Shown piece after piece: positions 1 to 13,901 of a stretch of 64,000 nucleotides of DNA; the stretch's first letter is position 1, and each line of letters starts with the position of its first letter. The stretch covers positions 16,926,001-16,990,000 of the forward strand of contig CM022673.1 in the NCBI GenBank assembly GCA_012295275.1, read 5' to 3'. The notes beneath the pieces are model-generated. The model was not told the DNA's origin. It saw nothing but the letters and a program-made list of their open reading frames with translations, and did no database searches. Both the position numbers and the translations under genes were made by a program. Origin of the DNA: Chrysomallon squamiferum. Its lineage: Eukaryota > Animalia > Mollusca.

Positions 1-51
1 GAGACAACATCATTGCTGTGTTTAGTGTAACATGCAGTAATGATGACATAC

Positions 52-84
52 CAGTCTCAGTAGTGAGAAGTGAATTGGTTTTTT
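52..84 (-). CDS. Candidate 33-nt microexon (KKPIHFSLLRL); an alternative upstream TAG acceptor gives a 41-nt form (52-92) starting with TGA
   Basis: Minus strand: (CT)n tract, tgtgcttgttttatgtag tgagtcag, then AAAAAACC...GAGACTG|gtatgt. TGCATG lies ~15 nt downstream of the donor (31-36). Confidence 0.3.
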
Positions 85-2036
85 CTGACTCACTACATAA
101 AACAAGCACAGAGACAGAGAGAGAGAGAGAGAAGGGAACTGAACAGTGGAGATGAAGAATAGTGTACAGTGAGTATTAATGAGGAAGTAAGGTTGTTTGT
201 GCTAAGAACAAATCACAGAACAGTCTGAAGATATGTTTTAACTTACAGCGAAATACTATGCACAAAACTGAATCTAAATGGGTAGTTTTTTATTTATAAT
301 ATTACACACAAACCAGTGCCAAATTTATATTTTTAACATTCATTGAGACAATTTGTTAAAACCACTGCAAAATGGGTTACACTGTTTGATGCTGTATAAG
401 AAGAACCTGGGTAAAATGGGTAACTGATATATTCTAACTCATAGTGAGGTGGTGTTTATACAAAAAGCATTGCAAAGTGGGAAAAAAATACAATCTTTAA
501 TTTATAACACGGCATTGTGAAAAAAGCATTGCAAAATATAGATATGAATTAATTTATATAACAAGGAAGTGTGCAAAAACCTTTGAAAAACATGTAAGAA
601 ACATAAGTTATAATTTATGAAAAAGCCAATGCAATGTAGGTTAAAGATATGTTTTAATTTATAATAAGGCAATGTGGGAGAAACAAATGCAAAGTGTATA
701 AGAGATATATGAGATAACTTATAATGAGGCAGTATGTAGAAAAAGCAATGAGAAGCAGATATGTTTAATCTCATAAATATTAGCTGCAATGAAGGGTTCT
801 GGATAGCGTTACTGCAGACCGAGGAACACATCTCTTCAATGTATGATCATCAAAAAGATTAGCTCTTATCTTGTTCCTCCTGCCTATCTCTGCTCTGCTA
901 TCATATCAGACTTTGTGATTTCTTCTCCTTGAATTTACACAGACAGAAATTGGCTGTATGCAGTGGGAGGGGGGACTATAAAGTATAAGGTAATATATAT
1001 CATCTGTCATCACTTGTAGCCAAAAGGGAAAAAAAAATTTAAATATTTGTTAGGTCTTTTTTTTTTTTTTAATATAGAAGATAAAGACAAAATATTTGAG
1101 TTGCATTTACAATTTATAAAAAAAAAAAATAATAAAAAATAAAAATGAAAGGTCACTGGCTTTAATTAGTCTGATATTATTTGTCAGGATTCAAAGTTTT
1201 ATTTTTATTTTATTGTTTAACAGAAAGAAAGAATTCGGCATCAGTGAATGAATGAACATATATTTTTATGAAATTACCTGATTAATGGTCAGATAGATGG
1301 AAGGATGAACAAATAAGAAATGAATGTAGACAGATATACAGATGAAAGACAGATTTACAAAGAATGGAAGGATGGATAATAAAATGGATGTGTATATAAA
1401 AGGTCTGATGAGTGAATGGATGAACGAAATGAAAGATGGACAGACAATAATAAAATAATACAGGTTTTTCCTACCAAAAGAAGTATTATGAAAAAGAATG
1501 AAACATTCTTTTAAAAAATCTAAAATTGTAATAAAAGAAATTAAAAATTAAAAAAAAAAGCACAAAATCCTCCACAACTAACTGCTGCTTATGAAAACGC
1601 ATCTCCAGATTTGGAGTTCAAGATTTTAATAATACATTACTCTCTTAATACTATAATCACCAGATATTACTGATATGCTACAGGATTTAAATGATCAGGG
1701 CTATTTAACAATATATATGTGATATGCAACCTGCACTGGTTCATAAAACAGATAAACAACCACTAAAGATTACTTGCGTTTCAAACACCTGCAAATTAAT
1801 ATACATATATCACAGATAACAAAAGATAATTCAGATATCATTAATCTGCAAATTAATTTTTAGCTTCAAATTAATCTTTCTACAGATATTGTCATCCTGT
1901 GATAATTGATGTTAAGCTTATTAAAATAATAATAACAACAGCTATGATATTCATCAGTATTATACACATATAACATACTAGCTGCATACGTGCAGCAGTA
2001 ATAATTAAAAGAAAAGTTTTACTGTGTAATACTTAC

Positions 2037-2500
2037 CATAGCAACCAGTCAATACAGCTGTATTAGTCTACCAAGTATACAATTAAAAAAACAACTAATA
2101 TTTCCATATAATCCCAGAAAGAAACAATACAATGACAACAACATAAAAAAACATATAAAAAAAAAGAAGTGTAGTAATCAAAATATTTCACCAGCGAATC
2201 CAAAGCAGCGACAAATAGAGTAAAAAAAAAAATCACTGATGAATCTGTGGCAGAGCAGTATCCTGTCTCGCAGTGATGAGCCGGTTTGAGAAATTTTCAA
2301 CTAAAATATTTATCCACAATGTTTCATGTGTTGCACGCTGTGTGCTCTAGTGGCAATATGAAAATATGACTCACTCACTCACTCACTCACATAGGCGGGA
2401 TACTTGCTGTATCATATAGTGTATAGCGTGCCAGCCAGCCTGCCTGCCTGCCCCATTGACTGCTCCAAATTCTTTCTTGATCTTTTTTGATTAGTCCACG
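2037..2500 (-). promoter_or_regulatory. Candidate internal promoter / alternative first exon ending ATG|GTAAGT (Met-only, phase 0); 5' boundary uncertain
   Basis: ATG at 2039-2037 abuts a consensus donor at 2036-2031. About 8 CpGs at 2190-2505 in a CpG-poor window; Inr-like TCAGTG near 2234-2239. Confidence 0.5.
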
Positions 2501-2814
2501 CACAGTGGATGATAAATGAACCATCTTTTCAAGTGATATGGTAATGTGAAATAACTGGGAAGAGCTTTTGTCTTTTTTAAATTGATGATGTGCAGAAACA
2601 ATAATATTTGTTGTGTGCATACAAGCAGTTTCATGATATGTGCAATATAAAATGTATTATACATGCTTGCACACATACGCAGAGACACATTTTCTCTGTA
2701 TGAATAAGTTATCATATCAAGTGTAAATGTATGTATGTGTGTATATATGTTAATATTGGTATCTGTTTGTGCATCTGTTTATATTAAAATACATTATTTA
2801 GATAAATGTATTTA

Positions 2815-2852
<38 letters not shown>

Positions 2853-2881
2853 AAGATATATATGTATGCAGTGTTGTGAAT

Positions 2882-2905
2882 AATAATGATGATGATGATG
2901 ATGAA

Positions 2906-2949
<44 letters not shown>
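2882..2949. repeat. (GAT)n/(AAT)n compound microsatellite
   Basis: Directly visible trinucleotide runs. Confidence 0.95.
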
Positions 2950-2950
<1 letters not shown>

Positions 2951-5837
2951 TGAAAATAATAATACTAAAAAGAATCACTGTAACAGTAATAACAATTATA
3001 TTTTTTTTACTACAACTACTATGACCACCAACACAACTACTACTACTCTACTACTACTATTACTAGTACTACTACTACTACTAAATAGCCACACTGTTCT
3101 AGCTGTATAAAGCTGGACTGATGTTCAGGCTGGCTGGCTGTATGGAGATATCGGATCTGACAACTGTTACAAGAAGTAACAGATGCTGATAAGAACTTAA
3201 AGAGCTAAACCCACTTAGAGTCGGAACAGTAAATCAAGTGGAAGAATAAAACTCACATAACACACTGCTGATGTGTTTGCATTATGTTATTTGTTATCTT
3301 TCTTTCACTGTTTCAAAAAAAATATATTTGTTTATTTATTTATATTCTGCACTGCTTTTGATTTTATTTTTAAAAAAAATTTAATATTTTTATTTTTATT
3401 TATTTATCTATTTAGATATTTAATTTTTTTTTATATTATTTTTTTTTTTTTTTTCTAAAATAATTATTTAGTTTTTTGTCTCTTATATGCTGGATGTTCA
3501 TCATCATAAAAACAACAACAACAATAATAATTATTATTATTATCTTTTACATCTATTTTTACTATTGTTAGTGAAAAGAATAATTAAAAGTGACATGAAT
3601 TATTAAGAAAGAAAGAAAGAAATGTAAGTAGATAGAGAGAGAAAAAAATGAGAGTGAGAGAAGAAAACAGAAATAGGAATGTAAAATCTATAACAAACTG
3701 CAAAGCTAACAGTAGGAAGCAATAATTAGATTACCTAAAACAAAAATATATAGCTGTACACAGTATGTTAAAACAATAACACACTGTAAGATGTGTATAC
3801 TAAGTGATAGAAAACTGGCTGACTAATAAGCAGTATCACATTACACAGAAGAAATAACTGTAGATAATAATCTCTATTACATTTTTAATATGTATGATAA
3901 GCAGAAAAAACAATACCACAAAGTATATTATTATTATGAAGTACACTAACCTAAAACAATGTAACATAGTACATGGGTACTTCTAACCTGTAGCTTCTAT
4001 GCAGTACATTAACTTTTGACAGAAAACAGTGTAATAATAATGACTACATCTGTATGTAAGGCATCAAGTACACAACATATAGAGTACACTAATATATAGC
4101 AGTGCATTATTAATAACTGTAACAGCTAGTAATATATGTAGTACGCTAACCCTAACAGTGTAATAATATAACAGTAATAATATGACGTAAATGAATGGAT
4201 AACAATGTATTACAAATACAACAATGTAATAAACCTGTAACAGTCCATTGTGCATGTAGTCCTAAGATTTTCTGCTGCTATACAAAAGTATGTATGTATG
4301 TGTGTGTGTGTGTGTCTGTGTGTAAAAATGGTAATAATGCAGTATATTTGTTTATATGGTCATGATGCTTGCTGGTATCTGCTGCCTGTTTTTGAATAAT
4401 GGGTGCAGACAAGGCCAATACAACAAATAGCAATTAGATCAGTGGCCTGAAGGAACAATCTATCTTTAATAGGAGGCTGGAAACCTCAGGCTCATGTGTC
4501 AAAACAAACCCACTGATAGACCAAACATTAAATTTTCTTCACTAGGTAAAGAAGCATATTGAAATATTAACATGTAATACCTCCAAACGTTATGCTGAAT
4601 TTACTATTTGGGAGAAAATCATTGTATACTTAAAGAATATGTGACAAATATGATTTCAGTATTTGTACAGAAGTCTATAATATATCTGTTATATTTTTAT
4701 TTAATATAACTCTCCTTAATTTTACTTTCAGTTAGTATTTATTATAGCTATTAAAATTTAAGATTATTAAATTTTATTTTTATTTATTCAACTTGCAGCC
4801 TGTACTGTTTAAGTAACAATCCAGGAGTATGAAACACAAGTGAAATACAAATCACTGGCTTTTAAATTAAATTTGTATCATTAAAGTGTAATTTTTCACG
4901 TTTCTCATTTTGTGGGTTTGTTTGTGTGTGAAAATAAAAAATAATCTGATCATAATTACACTTTTCTTTCTTTTGTGTTTCTATTTATTTGATTTCTTTA
5001 TTTTCATTTATTCTTTATTTGTTTCTTTTTTTTTTTTATTTTTTTTTTTTTTTTATTATTATTATTTTTTTTTGTTAATAACTTTAGATACATGGAAGAT
5101 GTTTATCATTTTTTGTTTTGTTTTTTTTTTAAAATTATGTGTGCATTCTCTATTACAAATAAAACAGAACTCTATATTTTAACACCTGAGGCTGTATTAA
5201 AAGAATGAAACAATGTCTGCCATTTAATGTCATTTTTATTTATTTATTCCTTTTTTCCTCTTTTCTTATTTTTTAAATTAAATATTATTTATTACAAATC
5301 TTTTTATACTGTCTTAGTGTATTACCATATTATTCTGTTTCAAATAAATGTCAACAAATATAAATTACACACATACATAAAAACACACAAAATGAAATGA
5401 CATGGATATAAATACACATTATTTTTTTTTTTTTTTTTTATATTTTAAATAAAAAATATATCATTATTATTATTAAATGCATTTTTAATATGATACTGAA
5501 ACAAAACATTATAAATGACATTAATTTGAAAGAGTTGTGTTTTTGTGTTGTTATTTTGTTTTGTTTTTTCTTATTTTTTTTTTATATAAACCCCACATAT
5601 TTGTATTTGGGAATGTGCATAGAAAGTTCAAGTAGATACATTTTCTTCTTCGGTTCTGATTATCAAAAGAATAATTTAATACACAAATAAACTTGATAGA
5701 ATTATTTCATTTGCAAAGCCTTTTTAGACATCTGTGAGCTACCAGGAATAGAACACCAGTGTGATATCTGTGGGTGGTATACGTCAACTGGTCTAACATT
5801 TAAATTACATTTAAAAATATCAGTTACTAGCTCTCAC

Positions 5838-5984
5838 AGGATATGAACCAGCAGCCATCACTGCATTAAATGTTCCCATCTTCCATGCAGACCACACAGG
5901 CACCCACCAACTCAGTCTGTGTAGACTCATTTTGGCAAGCAGTACAGTAACTGCTGTATCACACTGTTCAAATGAATACATCAT
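5838..5984 (-). CDS. Weak candidate alternative first coding exon (MMYSFEQ...MGTFNAVMAAGSYP, 49 aa, phase 0)
   Basis: Locally GC-richer, non-repetitive open frame ending CCT|GTGAGA; donor is mediocre. Confidence 0.3.
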
Positions 5985-8151
5985 GTCTGTTACTAATTTT
6001 TGTGATGCTAACTGCCACTGCCCACTAAGTGCTGCCAGACACAGGAGGTTCACACAGTGTACCCACCATTTGTTCTTCCATTCTCAGTTAACTAACAAGG
6101 TCACACAAAACAATGGCTCCGGGAAAAGAAACTCTGCTGACACAAATCAGCAGATTTGTACCAATTTCAGTCAGCAGAAATGTAAGAATACAAAAGTATA
6201 CACATACATGTATATATATACATACACATGTAACAACACACACACACACACACACATGTAACAGCACACACTCCAAATATATCCAGACCCACATCCACAA
6301 ACATTATTTGTATACATCCAGATTTATGTACACAAACACATGTAACAATTTTACTCCAGTTTCAATTAAGAGTAGTTGAACTGTGAGACCTTTGATGTGG
6401 GAATTCAGTGTTCTACAAATTGAATTAAGAGAAATACAGTGTGAATGTAAAATAAATATTAACATGCCAGCTGAAATCTTGTGAAAGTTGAGTGGAAAAT
6501 TCTGACATAACTACAGCACGTGAATGACCCATGAAAGCTTGCGACTTAAAATACATAAATTAATGGATTATCAAGGGAAATTATTCCTAATATGGAAACT
6601 GGTGAACAATCTCAGTAGTCCAGTATTTTATCTGGGTACTTGATTTAACTGTTTCCTACATCAGTTAGCACAGCAGTAGTTGGCATTTTGTTCATGGATA
6701 TTCTGACCACTGACATTTTGTCCTACGATGATTTTAATTTTGTCCGCACAGTTTTAGGGTACAGAGTAATCTATTTATATAATGAAGTAATGTTCCTGAC
6801 TGTCTGTTCTGACAGTAATTGGATGTAAAGTTTTATAAAGATGTAAGTCAGGAGTCTTAGCTAATAAAAGATATTCTTATGCGAGTTTTTAGTCCATTAT
6901 TAGACTAATTGCTATATACCACCCACTTGTAGCTCACAGCATACTAACAAAACACATACAAATTCTATTTTCATGGCTTTTATCATGGAAAGGAATTTTT
7001 TTTTTTTTGTGAATTTTGCTAATATCAATGTTAAATTTAAAATAAACATTTATTGTGTCCATTAAATTCATTTTTTTATATTTTAAATAGAAGGAGAAAA
7101 AAAGAAAACAGGTTATTGTGATCTGCTTATTAACTTTTTAATTGAGTTATCAGCTTTTGAAAGTTTAACATTTAATTAGTTTTGATAGTTACTCCAGAGA
7201 TAAATTATTATATTTTTTTGATCAAAATCAAAAATATTTTATTTGCACTATCTTACAGACAGGACAGTACATACAACACTCTTTGATAAAAAAAAGATTA
7301 CTTAGTACAAGTCAGATACAGCTTAATAACTTTTTTCCCTTTTATACCATACTTATTTCCAACTTTTAAATACAAACAGACAAAAATGAGCAGTTGGAAA
7401 AATGAATTAATTTTATTTATTACAATCTTTATCAGGCCATTTAATAATGTAGCAGGGTTAAAAGTAATCACAGTGAACTGTCAACTTATATACATTTCTT
7501 TTCTCATTCGTTAGTCTGGCAAGTTGATACCATCAGTATATGTTAATATATCATATACATTATACATCACACTGGTACACGAGTAAATCTGATAACACAC
7601 CAATTTACATTTATCATATGTAGTTATCACAGTGTGATCCATCCAGTGTGAACTATTACTTTTAAATTCACATTTTATGCTGTAACAAAGATAACACATG
7701 ACACACACACCTGCTAAGTTAATAGTCTATGATCACACCATATTGGAGGCCATTTTTCAGCTACTCATTTTTTCTGTTTACCAATTCCAATTACTCCCAA
7801 AAACCAGAGTATCACAAGCCATTGATTGAACTCTGTGTATAAAAGTGTATGTAATAATAATACTACTAATAACAACAACAACAATAATAATAATAATTAT
7901 AATTTTTAATGCTATTACTTTTTTATTATTTTTTTTTTTTTTGTATTGTTGTTGTTGTTGTTGTTGTTGTTGTTATTATTATTATTATTATTATGATTAT
8001 TATGATATAAATAAGAAACAGGTTTTATCTGAAGATTTAAAAGTCAGAATGAACAAATATTCCACATGTCTGGCTGATCAACATTCTTATGTTAATAATA
8101 ATAAAAAATTAAAAAGTAGAGAAGGATAAAAAGGAAACAATGGTAGCTCAC

Positions 8152-8184
8152 TGTTTGGTGACTGTGGGTTTCTTTTCTCATTAC
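8152..8184 (-). CDS. Candidate 33-nt phase-0 microexon / RS-type exon (VMRKETHSHQT)
   Basis: ttttatttgtggttacgtgacatgtggttacag|GTAATG...CAAACA|gtgagc. Length divisible by 3, no stop, and the exon itself begins with donor-like GTAATG. Confidence 0.4.
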
Positions 8185-11100
8185 CTGTAACCACATGTCA
8201 CGTAACCACAAATAAAACATGTCAGTTAATAAAATATTCCTTCCTTCTTTCAGTGTAAACCATTCACACGTTTTAAAATTTATTTATTATGTAATGTTAA
8301 TAGAAGTATACTGCATTAAAGATTTTTAGTTGTTGTTGTTTTTTTTTTTTAAACAAATACTGGTAGTCAAAATAAATAAAATTTAAAGAAAGAACATTAC
8401 ACTATAGAATAGGTTTGTCAGAAAATAAAATTTTTAAATTCAACATTTTTTAAAATTATTATTATGATTATTATTTTTTAAGATTTAGACATTATCAAAG
8501 CATACAAATTAAACAGTGAGTTAAGCAGTACTGTCAGACTTCACTGAGATGGAGCATGTTGTCTACTTCAAGTTATTTCTATTTCATCAAATGTGGCAGC
8601 TTTCCAAAACAGTGGCATGTGTTATCCCGCCAGTGACAGCACTCAGATAAAGTTCTGAGTACAAAACTCAGAACTAAAGACATTGTCACATCAGACAACT
8701 TGAAGTATCATTCTTCTTGGGACAAATAATAATGTCCATTATTTTTAACATAATAATATCAAATTTGAGGTACACTTAATATGGGCTTCTCATGGAAGCA
8801 CACTTTTTGTCATTAGTAATATACTGTTAAATAAAAAAGCATTCGTGAAAAAATGGGCAATTTTGAGAGATTATTAGCACTCTGGATTTATAATTAATAC
8901 TGAAATAGCAAACTAGAGGAATCACCATTAAACTGAACAATTTGCTAATTACATCTTCATATGGAAAAATATATAATTAACATGCACAATCTTTTATTCT
9001 ATGATGAGTTTGAATCAGGAAAAGGTTGATGAGGCTTAAACCTAAAATATAAATAACAAGTTAACCAATTTCATGCTTGTTTCAGCATGAAATTGTTAAC
9101 ATGCTAAAATTATCTTCTCTTTGTGAATTTTACCTTTTCATCAGCAACCTACTCCTAGCACAGATTGTTCATTGATATGTCTATCTATATTAATTAATTC
9201 AGGCTGCGTTTTAAAGGTAATTTCAACATTTTAAAAAGCTATTTATATAACTAGACACATATTTACTATCATCTTCACTGATGAACATTGTCAGAGGGGT
9301 GAACTGTTGTATGTCATTTTGAAAACAGCATTAAACCATAGAAATGATTCTAAAATCAAAGAGTATAATTTCAACGTGCTGTGAGGTTATTGTTGTTGTT
9401 GTTGTTGTTGTTGTTGTTATTGTTATTTTATTAGTGTTATAATACTGCCTTGTTAAGATGTTAATGTTGTACATTATAATATATGGTAATGGAAAATGTT
9501 TAAAATTATTCTTGGGCCTAGACACCAGTTTTCCAGCCATCTCAGCAGATATACTTTATCTGTGAGAAGCAGCGTGGATGCTGAAGTGTGCCCAGTGTCA
9601 GATTTTTATCACTAACACTTTATAAGCCTTCCTCATAAAAAATTCATCTCCAAATCTCAATGTCCAGTCTAATAACAAAGTCCATTATATCAGATACATT
9701 TCCCAGATGACTAATACTTGAGTATGGCCAGTCTGTGGTCAGTGTGTAGGCATTTCAATTTGAGTATAAAAAATATAGAAAAAAAAAAAAAAAAATCAAA
9801 AATGCATTTGACAGTTAGTATTATTATATAAAAAATATTAAGTTTTTGTAAACAGTTATTTTTCTTTATAATTAGAAACTTTAGTACAAAGCAGTATGAT
9901 GTAAAATAATAATTATGTCATTATGTTAGCTAGATGTGTACCATCTCATATTATTAACATATGTATTGGTGGACAGTGTTTTCTTCTATTATTAATATGT
10001 ACTTCAGTTTTATTATGTTAAATCCTAACTATATAATTCTGTCAGCAGAATGTGTAAAATCTAATATTGTTACTATATATTTATAAATAGTGTTTTTTCA
10101 TAAACACACTTTTTGTTAGGTAAAATAAGAAACATATAATTATGTATCTAGATATGCTATGTCTTATATTGTTTATTGTTTGAAGATAATATTTTGTTTC
10201 TGTATTAATTGGCAGATAAGAACAATACAGTATTATGTAAAATAATAACTATGTGGTAGATGAATGTATAAGATCTAGGACTAACATAAATGCCTGTATT
10301 AGTAGACAGTTTTCTTCTCTGTTAATAGATATGTATGAATATGTCATTATATCATGTGCAATAACAATGGTATATGTTGGCAGGTCATATGATATTTAAT
10401 GTTATCAATATGTAGATTTATCTGTAACCTGAGATTTTAATATGGTAATAAATATATATGAATACTTGTTTTATGTTAATAATAATTGTAATTTTATATG
10501 AGAAATATAAAATGTTGCTAACATACATTTGGATTTGTTTGTATATTTTTGGATATACTTATTTCAAAAGGAAAAATAAATTGTAATTGTTCTTTTAAGA
10601 ATTTTGAGTCATTAAAATAATGTAATTTTATGATTGTTATAAATTATTAATGTATTACAAGTCAGTTTTTCTCGGTCTTTACTTTTTTGTTCATTTTTTC
10701 CTTTCATTAAATAAGAAATAAAACTGTGTGATCTACAGTTTATGTGTGAACTAATAATTATTCATTAAAAAATAAGTGTTACTTTAATTTAACATATTAA
10801 TACATATTTCTAAATTTTAGTAACATATTACTTGCAGTCCATTAATCATTCAATAAAAAGTTTTATTTTGTTTAATATTCTATTACATATTTTAAATACA
10901 ATATAGACAAATCTTGAAATATTTTTGTAAAACCCCCAAAAACCAACATTTTATGTAAAGACTGTATAAACAAAATACATGCTTCCAATATAGAATTGAT
11001 GAGAGATATAAACATAATCAAAAAAAAAAAAGAATTATATACCAGGCTCTGTTAAAAAAAAAAAAAAAAAAAAAGATTTAAAAAAAAGAGTTCTGCATGC

Positions 11101-12342
11101 ACAGAATAAACACATTACCCAAGCTCTGGTAACATTTTTTTTTTTTGATATATATTTTTTAATGGCTTGTACACATGGTAATGTTTATGTACGGTGTATA
11201 AACCGTTCTGTTAATTTCAACATAAAAACAGACACAGAGCCAAGCCACTGTGGAATGTTTTAAAGACAGCTGTTCCCTGGCCATCTGTAGAAGGAATCAG
11301 AGGGATGAAGTATGCTGATATTTAATAGAGAAAAACACTTTTGCAGTTTGCAGACGAGACCACTGTGACACAGGTACACCTGCATTCAGTACACCGAGGA
11401 AGATTAAGTATAACAATTAAAGTTTTATTAATTTTACTGAAAGTGATAAATTCATTTTCTAAACTGACCTTTAATTTACATATTACTTAATAAATGTGAC
11501 ATACCTGTATGTAGAAGACAGGTGCCAAACTTCCCTCAGAGAAAATCTAAAATATTTCTGGGTAATTACTTAGGTTATGATTAGAATTACTATTCATTTA
11601 CTTTCAAAGAAAGAACTAATGGAAGCATCTTTATTGCAAGAAAAATATTCTATAATTAAAAGTAAGTCTATTTTGCATAATTAAAATAAGTAAGTCTTGG
11701 CTTTTATGTTTAAAAGTAAGTATTAGACTTCATATTTGAAACTAAGTCTTACATTTCATATAAATTTTGTCTTGAATTTCATGTTTCAAAAGTAACTTTA
11801 TATTTCATGTTTAAAACTAAATGTTGGATTCAAAAAATGCGGGGAGTTGACTAAGAAACTTAAATATTTATGAGGAACAGCATGTTAACCTTTTTCATTG
11901 TTCCATTCATTACACTTTGATCTTTCAGCCCATCTTATGTAATAATTTTTATAACTAAATGATCATGTGTAATAACAAGCATAACTAACATCAAACAACT
12001 TGAGCAATAAGTGTGTTAGCTAATATTACCTGGGCAGTAATTTCTGTGGCAGTATTATCTGACTTAAGTAATAGCTTTAAGTAGTTAAGTTAATCTAAGT
12101 TTATTGCTAGCATTAACATAATTTACCCATAATTGTAACTATGAGGAATTTAACTGCATAACTGAAATAAAACAGTTTTATGAGAAATATTCCTAGAAAC
12201 ATTTTAACAGGTGCATCTTCAAAATCAGACCTGTTTTCCAAAGTACAACAATTTCATGGTAAAACAGAGACTGAGACCAGAATTTCTGAAAATTTATTAC
12301 CAGTTTTCTGAATGCTATTTCTTGCTTAAAGTTAAATACAAT

Positions 12343-12381
<39 letters not shown>

Positions 12382-12935
12382 TATTTTAAAATGATGAACT
12401 AAAATCATAAAAAAGGGAAAAGAACATTTAAATATTAGTCAGTTTTATTTAATCTGCAATAAATGTAAAAAACCAGGCTATGAAATAACTCAATTAAAGC
12501 AAAAAACAAAATAAAATAAAACTTTGGACATCAATTATTTATTTCTTTATCAAATAAGAAGAGGACAAAGCCAAGTAAGCTGTATGTTATTGAAATGTCT
12601 GATATTTGTTGTAGTACATTTCTGACACTTTTATCAGTGGCACCACCTCCTTATAATCTGTGAGTACAGCTAACAGAGATAATACTTAACTTGGACCATC
12701 AAACGTTGGTCCTTAAACAGCCAGTGATAACTTGTACAAATATATTGCCAGAGAGTTCATTAAAAAATTGATGATGATAATAATAATAATAATAATAAAA
12801 GTAATAATAATAAAGTAAAATAAAGTAAAGCAAAATAAAACAAAACAAACAAACAAAAATAATAATAACTGCAGGAATAGTTGGGTATGTGAAATGATTT
12901 AAATATTAAGTCTGAATAGATATGTTGTTTTTACC

Positions 12936-12967
<32 letters not shown>

Positions 12968-13674
12968 TAATAATAATAAAAAAATGATCACAGAAACAGA
13001 TAATATAATTTCAGAACTCATCCATGTACTGTTTAGATGCATCTTGAAAATACATTCACTAACGAATGACATCAGTGATATAATTTGAATATATATATCC
13101 CAAGATGCATGGTACATAAAAAAATAATAAATAAATTAAAAAATATATATTGGGGCGAAACTAGAAATTACCTTAATATATATAATATGCATTTTATTTC
13201 AATATATATGTAGTGATCACTTGGGTGTGAAATATAATTTTAAAATATACCTTTGTCATGTCTGATATATCCTTGTATCTCATCTTGAGATGTATGGGAT
13301 ATCTTGAATATTTGATATTATATTTAATGATGGGCAACTGCCACAGTATGAGATAAACACAATACTGCATCACATTGTGACATATTTAAAATGTACATTC
13401 CTTAATAATGTGAGATATTTTATGTGCATATTAAAATCAGTGGTGTGTGAAGTATTTTAAAACAGCAACCAAACATCTGTTGGTTGTGATATATACTTTG
13501 GTAACATGACAGGATCTGTAGATTGTGTGACATTTTTCAAAATATTTGTGTCAGATATAAATTTCAAATGTATGCAAGTATTTGTAAAATGCCTTGTAAT
13601 TATACTGAGATTTCAATTAGAATAAATTTTATATACAATACAATACAATACAATATATATAATATAATGTAAAT

Positions 13675-13756
13675 AATATAATATAATATAATATAATATA
13701 ATATAATATAATATAATATAATATAATATAATATAATATAATATAATATAATATAC
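13675..13756. repeat. (AATAT)n pentanucleotide microsatellite
   Basis: Directly visible. Confidence 0.95.
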
Positions 13757-13857
13757 TATAATAATAATCTTTTTGAATCTCAAAATCTTTAAATGTTTTT
13801 GCAGCTTTGAATTAAAAACATTCTGACCTAAAATTATATTCTTTTTAAAATTTGAAC

Positions 13858-13901
<44 letters not shown>

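Noticed and set aside
7252-7300. Possible 22/24-nt microexon
   Set aside because: Weak donor (TCT|GTAAGA) and atypical AAG/GAG acceptors; expected by chance
9870-10530. Faint periodicity suggesting an ancient tandem repeat
   Set aside because: Unit length could not be fixed by eye, so not listed as a feature
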